DNA of 64,000 bases from Octopus vulgaris (taxonomy: Eukaryota): NCBI GenBank assembly GCA_951406725.2, contig OX597820.1, forward strand, positions 43,338,001 through 43,402,000, read 5' to 3'. The position numbers and the translations under genes were made by a program. Shown piece by piece: positions 53,850 through 64,000 of this stretch. How positions within the stretch are numbered: position 1 is the first letter of the stretch; each line of letters starts with the position of its first letter. Under the pieces are notes generated by a model. The model saw only the letters and a list, made by a program, of their open reading frames with translations. It was not told the DNA's origin and did no database searches.

Positions 53850-54310
53850 ATATCAATAGGAGTAGCAAGATGGCCTTATTTCTAGTTCTGGATGAGCTAA
53901 GAATCTATCCAGCTGTTCGCCTGCCCAGCGTTGCCGTTTTGAAAATATGCACATGGAGTGTTGCATCATTAATCATATAGATTCCCTGGTCATGCATTGA
54001 TTCTAATTTTAGGATTGCACTAAGCTCAGGTCTTGTTTCTTCCGATTGTGGGCCGATCGTTGGGAGCTTCGAAGTTCTAAGTATTGAAATGCATGTTATT
54101 TTCGGCAGCCCATTTGTAATATTGCATGCAAGTCGTTTTCTAGTTTTAGTATTTCGCCAGGTTCCTTCCCTCCCTGAAATAGTTTTGTATCACCAGCCTA
54201 GCTGGTGAAAGCGGCTGACTGTACTGTCGCGGACATGTCTGACGATCCTAAAAGTGCTTTCAAAGACGCCAGAAGCTACCATTGAAATGCTAATTACCCA
54301 ATTAATGGTG
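53850..54310 (-). mobile_element. CR1-like LINE reverse transcriptase fragment
   Basis: The minus strand reads VASGV...S*AGDTKLF (YADDTKL)...LENDLHAI/YKWAAENNMHFN...DQGIYMINDATLHVHI...G*ILSSSRTR. Confidence 0.75.
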
Positions 54311-55469
54311 TTGTATATAGGGCTATGGTAGTTTCACATCTCTACATACAAACCTTGTATTGGTGCCACAGAAAATAGCTTCCAAAACTGTTTCACTCTC
54401 AGAGGAATTCCGATATACATAAAGCAAGTCGGTAACAAGTCTAGGCGAACACAACGTATGGCAATTAAAATAAGGTGGTTCTGTCTACCTTACGTTACAT
54501 TGGTTGTATAGAAATTGCATTTGTCAGTTGTGCCTGAGTCAAAATTACTCTATACTAGTGAAAGGCATATCTGCATTGAACCATAAAATGAAGCCTTTGA
54601 ATTTCCGTAGACAGGTTTTAGGATGCCTTATGTACGGGCAATCGATTCGGTATGACTAGCCCGTATAAGTCTCGCCAATCATTTTCTATCTTCTACAATA
54701 ATTGGTTCTTTAAAATAAGTTAGTTTTTGTAGGCACTTAATATTTTATCCCGTATCTATTTTTCGGACTTTAGAGCTATCTTATACATGATTTTTGCCTA
54801 CTATATTTCAATTTTAGTATATAGTGTAGCCAAGTCTAATGATTCTAAACTTGTATCTTGCAAAAAACTTATATTTTCATATTTTTACATATTTCTTTCA
54901 ACCATTCAATTTGCCATTGGGTAAATCCGATACATAGTATAATATATATAAATATACAATTCAACGTTGTCTCTTCAATAACATCCCACTTCAATTTATC
55001 CCTTTAACATCAAACTATACTCTTCCCCCTCCTTTTCCTCCGTTCTTTTACTCTCAGCGATTAGATTCTCATTTCGTTTTATTATTTCGTGTTTATTTAA
55101 TCATTAGTATATTTTTGTGTGGTTAATTTTAATTTTAGGTTCAGATTTATTTCATTCTATTTTCATGGCTTATTCTTGATGTAGTCTACTTTATTCTGGT
55201 TGTTTTTATCCGCGGCTACAATACGGGGTTCTGTTACAGTCAATTTCTCCTTTTCATCCAACTGTACACCGTTATTTTATTAGTCTGTATAATCACAATT
55301 GGCTGATGAATGGCTACCTGAAACGCCGAATGAAAGTTTGTGATCTTTCTTCAGCTTTACTGAGGTGTTATTGTACTCTACTTTTGCTATTCGAGTATTT
55401 TTCCATCCACTTTGCTTTGTACCTATGTACTCACGCACCCCTACAGACACGTGTACATATTGTACCTTT

Positions 55470-55597
55470 AACTGGTGGACTGGAGCAACTTGAAATACAG
55501 TGTCTTGTTCAAGGCCCCAACGCGTTGCTGAGAATTGATCTCAGAACCTCACGATCGTGAGACAAATACCCCAAACACTTAACCATGCGCCTTCACA
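55470..55597 (-). mobile_element. CORE-type SINE 5' part
   Basis: ggactggagcaacttgaaatacagtgtcttgttcaaggccccaacgc...cacttaaccatgcgccttcac. Confidence 0.75.
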
Positions 55598-57729
55598 CAC
55601 ACACCGACACACTCACATCTCTCTCACACACATATATATATATATATATACATATATACTAATATGTGCGTATGACAAATCTTCACATATATGAAGTCCA
55701 GAAAAGAAATTTGGGGATCCATACACTTACATATATGCAGACACTCACCTGCAGGTTCAAAGAAACCCTTAAAATAATTTTATCTGAAGCAGGGCTTGAA
55801 TTCCGCACATTATAATAACATTTTTATTTTTAAAACAACATTCGTAGAAACTATTTCTTACCTCTCAGAGAGGCTAAATTATACATCGAGATACCTGTGA
55901 ATACATCAGCAAAGACGGTAATTATATATCTCCAGGTGAGTCTACAAAGAATTTCAACAATGGAAATACTGAAAATGTTTCAAGAAAAGATTGAATCGCT
56001 CATAAAATCTCCTATTAGAATACATGCTTTATTTAACTAGTATTTATAAGACACCCACTGATTTAACATTGACAGTCATTAATAATATTGGTGTTATATA
56101 TTAATAATAAAAATCACGAATTTTCGTGTTGGTACATAAATATCTTTCTTATTCTCTTTCCACACCCGTTAAACAGAACCTTGAAGAGGCTAGATAAGTA
56201 ATAAAGACGAACTAGGGAAAAAATTATTTCAAAGAGTTGGAAATCAAAAAATAAATACTGTTTATCTTCGGAAAACCATTTACTAGATGATAATACCTTT
56301 CACACGGAAACAAGCCAATACTGAATAATAAAACAATAACAATATTTGCAAGAATTAAAAAGAAAACACCTTCACAGAACTTGATCCCTTTCAAACAGAA
56401 GTTAAAATATATTAGGTGAAATTCAGTCGTCAGAAGTAACCAGCTAAAAAATTTATACTTTTCAAAATATTCAGTATAAGTATATTAGCGACCAACAGAC
56501 TGATGAGACTCTGTTTATACACATCTAAAAGGCTCCTTCTCAAAAGGTTACTTTATCATTTCAATAAATTTCAAGAATGAGATGGGAAATATCTTAACTA
56601 GACTATATGGTTGCTAGAAGAAATTCGAAAGAAATATTATCGTTACATTACATCAAATACATTGAATATGAATGGTGATATCCTGAAAAGTCTTGATGAA
56701 GATGTTCTAGCAGATGAAAATAATATTTAGACAATCATCGTATACTACTACGAGGAAACTGTACTTCTTTCACAAATACCATATCCCACCTAAATGGTGC
56801 TGCTAGAACCAAGTGAGGAGCAAAAATCACTCAATTGGTCAAGATCTACAGTTAATTTTCAGACTAGGGCCTAATATATAATGTGAATATAAGCTGTCCC
56901 AACCTTTTCTTTTGAAAACATTGCGTGAATAGCAATATTATCATAGCACGATCTAGTAGCTAGAAAGACATTCGGTTGCGTTGGACAACACAAATTCGAA
57001 ACAGTCTGCTGCTCAGAATTTCATGGCATTGAATTTGGTTACTGTCTAATCGAATTACATGAAAGGACTCGATTCTGCCCCACTCCACCCATGGATGCTA
57101 GGTATTGTTCTAATTACTAATTGCATGAGCACCGTAATATAAACTTTAAACAAATTGACTTCGTCTTAGAGCAATATCCTGATGCTGTATACCTAATACG
57201 AATACTGAATTCATATCAGGAAATCTGGAATATAGTCGTGTGCGGTCTGAATATATATGCAAATAGTTAGAAAGTTATGAAGAAAAGAATAGACGTAATT
57301 AAGATTTTAGTAAGAGATATTAAGAATGAAAGTTGGTCGATATAAATACTCCAACGTCAATTTTGCACGAACGAAGGAAAAATACGAACAAATCTCACTG
57401 TCCGAAATCTAACGAAGATATTCTTTGATATCAAAGAGTTTAAGGAGGGGATATTACAACCGGAGGTCAAACATGGTTTTCATAGTTTTCTGCTTCCTAT
57501 AAAGCGGTGATTCACAATGTTTCCTCTACCAATGCCCAGGCAAATATTTGGGCTACTTGAGTGGGCACTAGACGTGATTCAATTTCTTGATATTAAATAT
57601 AGAAAGTTTTCATCAAGTGTGTCCACATTAACAGAGTTCATAAATGCTAAAACAGAGATCTATTACTCAAACACTTTCAACGCCACACTGATGATGCCAT
57701 AAATCGAAATATTGCGTTGGTGCAGAATT

Positions 57730-57860
57730 ATTGGAGCTTTTTTTCAACAATTTTTTTTCAACAAAAACCAAAAACATCTTTAAATGACGGTCTGACTATC
57801 TGCCAAGCAAATGGGAAGCAGTAATTGAAGTAGATGGTGAATATGATCCGGTATAATCAT
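57730..57860 (+). mobile_element. Mariner transposase C-terminal remnant
   Basis: FFSTKTKNIFK*RSDYLPSKWEAVIEVDGEY matches the mariner terminal motif LPxRWxxVIxxxGxY. Confidence 0.75.
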
Positions 57861-58230
57861 TTAAAGAAAAATCATTTAAATAGTATAGCAAAAATATAGC
57901 TTAATATTGCATATATTTTTTATTTACTTGATATTTAAAGAAAAGAAAATACTAAAATAAAAAGCACACATGCGATCTTTGTACTTCACCCTATTTCACG
58001 AGTAGGCACAAAAAATGTTCCATCATCCCACGAAAGGCTGAACGGTCCATATCGTTTCATAAGCCATTGAAATGTTGCGCCATATTACTTCGAAACAGCT
58101 ACTGACCAATAAGCATTGCCATGCATCATCACATTACGTCTGTATACATGACCCAACTAACTAATTAGCAAGGACCGATCATATATATATATATATATAT
58201 ACAGGAGTTACGGAATGGAATGGGTAAAAC

Positions 58231-58320
58231 CCGGGCTACATATGTTTCATAGCCAGCAGAACTTCAGAAATGCTAAAAATCTCAGCGAGGTGTATACCGC
58301 CGGTTACTCTTCAGGCCAAG
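58231..58320 (-). ncRNA. Type I hammerhead ribozyme motif with canonical core
   Basis: Minus strand: cttggc CUGAAGA gtaaccggcgg...ctgctggctat GAAA catatg UA gcccgg. Helix III is palindromic (ACAUAUGU). It lies in a non-coding fragment next to (AT)n. Confidence 0.8.
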
Positions 58321-58499
58321 AATATCTTAATTAAATTAAAAGTTACATTGTCGCAAGGATGTACATGTTGACGCATAGATGATTCCATCAGAATTAGTAG
58401 AGAGCACAGTACGAGAGGCGTGTATAAATGTTGGAATCCCCACACACATACACACTTTATTTAATTCCTTTATTCTTAATTGCACGCGTCTCTCCGTAT

Positions 58500-59095
58500 T
58501 TTTCCTTGCCATTTAAAAAATGAATGGTGATGGTCAAGCCAAAATTACCACCAGCTGAGTCAAATGCAGATGCAATTAATTGCAGACCTGTTTCCGAATG
58601 ATTCACTAGATGGCAGTCGTCAGCGTATAAGTGTTCCCTAATGAGTGAAGAAAAAAAACCTTTCATTTTGAATTTTAGTCTGGTCAGATAAAAAATATTC
58701 CCTGTTCGATATTTGTATGTAAATACCCTCCTCGAAGATTTGAAAATCCTGTGACTGCACAACAGCAAAATATATTGCAAAGAGGGCTGGTACATCAGGG
58801 TCACCTTGCTTTACTTCATTTTCTACGGCAAAAGATTCACCAAAATTAACTCTAGTTTTCATATCTTGATACAAAGCCCTGATCACGTTTACAAATTGTT
58901 CTGAGCAACATATTTACCCTAGAATTAGCCACAGAGCATTTCGATTAACAGTATCGAATACTTTGGTCATATCAGCAAAGCAATGGTATAGGGCAAGATT
59001 CTGTTCAATGCACTTTTCCTGATATTGTGTGATAGGAAAGATGCAATCAACTGTGCCTCTTGAGAAGCGAAAACTACATTGTGAATCAGACACTT
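58500..59095 (-). mobile_element. RTE/BovB-like LINE reverse transcriptase fragment
   Basis: TVDCIF...QEKCIEQN...FADMTKVFDTVNRNALW, IRALYQDM...EVKQGD...PALFAIYF, HLYADDCHLVNHSETGLQ...FGLTI. Confidence 0.92.
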
Positions 59096-59197
59096 CCGTC
59101 TCAATAAACTACTATTGTCCCTTAAAGGTTGTTTTTTTATATATACTACGGACTACTCGAAGCAAACTTTCTTCCTACACTTCGATCTCTGGATCTT

Positions 59198-59255
<58 letters not shown>

Positions 59256-59274
59256 TCACACACACACATATATA

Positions 59275-59480
59275 TAAAGTGAGAATTTACAAAAAAAAAA
59301 AGACGAAGACGGATCTGTAAACAGCAAACAGATGTATTACGCTCGGGAATTGGGAAAGTTTAACGCTCGGGAATCGGGAAAGTCTTTTACGTTTCGAGCC
59401 TACGCTCTTCGACAGAAAGGAACACAGAAATAAACAGGGAGAGAAAATACAAAAAGGTTTAGTGGATAGTGATCTATCAG
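59275..59480 (-). mobile_element. Penelope-like pLTR fragment with variant hammerhead and a 24-bp internal duplication
   Basis: It sits next to (CA)n(TA)n, contains acgctcgggaatYgggaaagt twice, and carries the HHR at 59384-59419. Confidence 0.65.
59384..59419 (-). ncRNA. 36-nt minimal hammerhead motif with variant core (U at position 6)
   Basis: Minus strand: cttt CUGUCGA a gagc gtag gctc GAAA cg UA aaag. Stems I and II are perfect and helix III is palindromic (ACGU). Confidence 0.72.
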
Positions 59481-60357
59481 CACAGCGAAGTTTCACAGCT
59501 TCAGTGCAACAGAACATTAAAGGTGATATAATTTACGAGTTGTAGACGCTCATGTTTGGCTACATTGAAGGAACGCTTCGGGTGGAAGTAAGACATAACT
59601 GAGTATGATGCTATCTTCATCAGTAACATGATAATAGCTATCATTTTGTGATGCATTAAGTTCCAAACCAGAAACTGGAAAGTCTAATAAAACACATGAT
59701 GTGCAAGGAAGAAAGAGATAGTTAAAATGATGTACAAAGAGGATAGAGATAGTTATAAAACCATATGCAATATCATGAATATCCTTGTTGGCATAATCCA
59801 CAATGTATTACATTAAAACGAATTATATTGAAGATACTTATTTATAAGTGAAATCTCTATAATATGTAAACTAGAGATATAATGCTCTGGTACTGAAAAA
59901 AGTGTGCTTAGTGGTAGAAATCGATGGCTAATATACAGTTCAACGTAGCAGAAAAAAAAAAAAGAAACTGTAAATAGCAAAAATTAAGTAACTTGAAGAT
60001 GACGCAACCAAACTAGAAATCAAAGTTAAGACATTTAAATGTCTTGGCTATGTAACTATTTTGTCTAAACGCAAATCTTCAAGAGAACAAAAGAAAGATA
60101 ATGCAAGACTAATTATGAAATTGCAATCACAAGCCATTAATAAAATGGTCAAAATATGTAAAACATACCATTATTCTAGTCGGTAGTATGTACTGTGCAC
60201 GTCTATGAACATCCGAACGTTATGTGTGCTGACACACATATCCACATATCCAATGATTTCACACATATCAGCACGCATATCCACATATCCAATGATTTCA
60301 CACATGCGAACACATACTCACGCACACGGATATTTACATAGATGAATGCATATATAC

Positions 60358-60725
60358 GCAGGGGTGGCTGTGTGGTAAGAAACTCCCTTCCCAACCACAC
60401 GGTTCCGGGTTCAGTCCCACTGCGTAGCATCTTGGGCATGTATCTTCTACTATAGCCTCGGGCCGACAAAAGCCTTGCGAGTGGATTTGGTAGACGGAAA
60501 CTGAAAGAAGGCCGTCGAGTATATGTATATATATATATATGCTAGTGTATCTGTGTTTGTCCCCCTAACATCACTTGACAACCGATGTTGATGCGTTTAC
60601 GCCACCATAACTTGGCAGTTCGGCAAAAAGATCAATAGAATAAGTCCTGCACTCGAGTTGTTCGACTTAAGGCGCTGCTCCAGCGAGGCCACAGGCAAAT
60701 GACTGTAACACATAAAAGAATAAAA
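60358..60725 (+). mobile_element. Full-length tRNA-derived SINE with internal (TA)n
   Basis: A box tggctgtgtggtaag and B box ggttcagtccc. Body and tail are shared with the copies at 37385 and 13510. Confidence 0.9.
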
Positions 60726-61024
60726 GTATATATATATATATACACATATATGTATGTATGTATGTATGTATATATATATATATGTACGTATGTATATACA
60801 TGTTTGTATGTATGTATATGTATGTATGTATGTTTGTATGCATGCATGCATGCATGTATGTATGCATGTATGTACACATTATTCTTATACGTACATGCTT
60901 CATATTTGCGTACATGCATATACGAACACCTACGTGAGGTGACGCCTAACTTCTAACGTGTCTTGTTTCGAATGAAGAGATCTGCAGTTCTTATAGTGGA
61001 GAAAAATTCCCAAACATATATACG

Positions 61025-61055
<31 letters not shown>

Positions 61056-61754
61056 AAAGAAATATACATACAAGCATTGAAACATGCAAACACACATGCG
61101 TACTCGTTAATGTCGTTATTATTTCAAGCCTATCTCCCACTGCCAGTGTATGAAAATGAGATGCAGCCTAAAATGACATCAGTTCTATATAATTCGATTT
61201 GAAAGCCAATATATTTTGCTTCATTTCAGTGTAATTCTTTTTAATACGATGGGCATTACTATTGAATCTATGTAGTCACAGTACAACTTAAATTTACACG
61301 TCAGTGTATACGCCAAAGTGTCTTATAAGAAGAAAAAAAACCAATAACATTAAATCTAAATTACCGACGTTCAATTGATATAACGCATGCAAATGGCAAA
61401 TATATTCAGTCATTCAAAATAGTATCACGTTACAGTTTACAGTGAACTGGTTTCTACCGATTGTTTTCGCTCACACAAAACGGTTACGCATTAATACAAT
61501 AGTATCTTTGTTTTAACAGATTATTAGACCATATTGGCGGTATCAGTTCTTGTAAGTCGTCAAAGTTGATGTTAACACAATCATTTCTCTCTTATCGATA
61601 TCATTATTGAAATTACATATGCAGATTATGTCATACTACTTCTCATATGTCTCTAATTACGACGGTATCCTCTTCATTGTATTGATAGCTATTACGTATG
61701 TACAGACATACTCTACACATACATTCAAATATACACACACGCTCATAAGCAACT

Positions 61755-61892
61755 GTATGTGTGTACATAAATATATATGTGTATATATATACATATATAT
61801 ATACATACATATATGTATATATATACACATACATACATATATATATATATACATACATATATATACATATATATATATACATACATACATAT

Positions 61893-61925
<33 letters not shown>

Positions 61926-61943
61926 TATATGTATGTATGTATG

Positions 61944-61986
<43 letters not shown>

Positions 61987-62085
61987 TTACATATGCACAA
62001 ATGTATACGTACACACACACACATATATATATATACACACAAAGATATATACACATACATACATGCGTGTGTATGTGTTTGTATA
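61755..62085. repeat. Complex (AT)/(ACAT) low-complexity satellite
   Basis: Seen directly. Confidence 0.95.
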
Positions 62086-62090
62086 ACGAT

Positions 62091-62555
62091 ACACGTGTAC
62101 ATATATAACGATATACATGTGCATTTATAACGATACACATGTACATATATAATCTATTTTCTTTGTTCCTATGGAATTACTTGTGTTATTTTGCATTTAA
62201 CTATATTTCACGTAAATCTATATCTTTCATTAAATTATCTTGACATATTCCATGAAGTAATGTGATAGTAACGATTTGGAACGCACAGAACTCACGTTTG
62301 ATTATTCCTGTGTAGAATTTAGGAAGTAAGTTCAAATCCCTACGTGATTTAAGTTTCATTTCAATCATTTCAAGTTCGATAGAATAAGACAGATGTAGTA
62401 AGTTCAAAGATATTGAATAATCCTTTCCGAAATCATTACATGTGTACATATATAACGATATACATGTGCATTTATAACGATACACATGTACATATATAAT
62501 CTATTTTCTTTGTTCCTATGGAATGCTTGTGTTATTTTGCATTTAACTATATTTC
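62091..62555. repeat. ~118-bp near-identical direct repeats around a 228-bp spacer
   Basis: 62091-62209 and 62438-62555 differ at only a few positions. Confidence 0.9.
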
Positions 62556-63250
62556 TATTTTGAGGTTTTGCCACGGCAAGCCTCCTCAAAATTGAAGAAA
62601 CCTTCTTAGGATTCCTGCAGAATACAAGCGTAAACCCTTCTGCAAGCCGAGAATACGTTTGTCAATTTTAGTGACCTTCATCATCTTAGGTAGCGCTTTG
62701 GGTGTTGTGAAAAGCGCACCAGCTACTGCAGGGACAATTATCACCGTCTTTCACAATTTCTTCATCAATCTGGCGAAGTCTTAATATTTCTCTATTTTCT
62801 CAATTACTTTCGTATCCACTTTGCAATCATATGACATATTAAATTTGATCTTACTGTTTGTCCATTGTATTTGATTCGGACTTTTTTGCTTGTTTTTTTT
62901 TTTTGGCTTTGTTTACTAATTGTTTTACCTTCATCTATCGCATCTGACCTACACGCGTTAATACTATAGTACGTCTGCGGGAAAAGTCCCATAAAAAACT
63001 TCTTGGTACTCATCATTCACCATCACAGACTCCGTTCATGTTACTTTTCTCCAATTTGGAAACAGAAACTCGGTTACCATCGCAGCGCACAGATTGCCAG
63101 CGCGTAAAATTTTGCGGTTAGTTGTCGTCTCCTTTTCCATAGATTTTGCGTTTCCTTTCTGACTGAGTTCTTTCAGTCTTTATCGCATCAACTTCTTTCT
63201 AATGGCTTGTTGGCTATAATTGACAATTTAGGTTCTTGTTTCATGTAACT
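62556..63250 (-). mobile_element. Decayed R4/Dong-type LINE 3' fragment
   Basis: The minus strand reads IEKIEKY*DFARLMKKL*KTVIIVPAVAGALFTTPK...LQKG...SAGILRRFL (RLE C-terminus). Confidence 0.75.
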
Positions 63251-63553
63251 GTCTCTCAGATACAACCAGTGTTTTTTTGCCCTCGAACATCGTTGGTTCT
63301 TACATTTTATTATGGATGTATTTTACAAGAAGCATATATATATAACAACATGCAGCACGATATTTTGTCAGTGAACAGGTCGCGGTCTCAAAGCGATGAA
63401 AATATTTTGACAAATTAAATTTAAATGATGAAGTGAATCTAACGGTTTTGTGTGTTTTTTAAATGGCTCATAAACACCTTCCACGCTGCAATTGTTTTCG
63501 TTCCAGCACACGATCTCAGATCAAGTCACTCGCTATGCAAGTACATCTCCGTA

Positions 63554-63584
<31 letters not shown>

Positions 63585-63684
63585 TACTCTGCAAAACCGT
63601 AATCTTTCTAAGTACTTTTCATAAATTCGCACATGCAACATCATCCCAAGATAATGCGTGAAGAAAAAAATCCTAGGTGTGTTT

Positions 63685-63835
63685 CCTCCCGGAAGTAAAC
63701 CACAAATGCCAAACAAAAGGGAAACTGAAAGATTGATTGTTGCAATGGAGCTTTTGTAGATTATGAATGAATGTTAGGATAACACGCAGAAAACCTTTCA
63801 CGTGACGTTCAGAAACTTTTATGACGTCACACACT
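63685..63835. promoter_or_regulatory. Promoter-like motif cluster (ETS, E-box, CRE)
   Basis: CCGGAAGT at 63689-63696, TCACGTGAC at 63798-63806 and TGACGTCA at 63822-63829, all CpG-containing, in otherwise CpG-poor DNA. Confidence 0.45.
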
Positions 63836-64000
63836 CCGTTTTCTTTCACCTTTTCTTCGTCCTTAATATCCTACACCACCTTCATTCAGTTTTTCCTTCT
63901 CTCCATTTCTCTCTATCTCTTTCACTTCATAGCTTACCATTTCGTATACACACAAACCACTCATACACGCACACTCAAGTATTTCTGTGAGAAAATATGT

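Noticed and set aside
57680-57722. CTGATGAtgcc...cGAAAtatt motif
   Set aside because: Helix II does not pair and the stem I register does not fit.
60230-60305. 39-bp tandem duplication and other short repeats resembling a repeat-spacer array
   Set aside because: Only two adjacent copies, no unique spacers and a eukaryotic context; not CRISPR.

Overview
This is AT-rich, microsatellite-dense eukaryotic non-coding DNA. The SINE, LINE and Penelope repertoire suggests an octopus or other cephalopod genome (my inference from recalled repeat families; no search was run). No intact host protein-coding gene is recognisable, and nearly all listed ORFs are microsatellite translations or decayed transposon frames. 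Mobile elements present: many tRNA-derived SINEs, R4/Dong-type LINE fragments next to (TAA)n tracts, RTE and CR1-like reverse transcriptase fragments, hAT and mariner transposase remnants, two TA-flanked MITEs and a Helentron-like element. The main signal is a set of type I minimal hammerhead ribozyme (HHR) motifs in Penelope-like terminal repeats, clustered at 50.7-59.5 kb. They include a non-coding tandem repeat with a 444-nt cleavage-to-cleavage monomer (retrozyme-like), a canonical-core HHR at 58.2 kb and a perfectly paired HHR with a variant CUGUCGA core at 59.4 kb. Also notable: a 122-bp near-perfect palindrome, a promoter-like motif cluster near the right end and a candidate spliced micro-exon pair.
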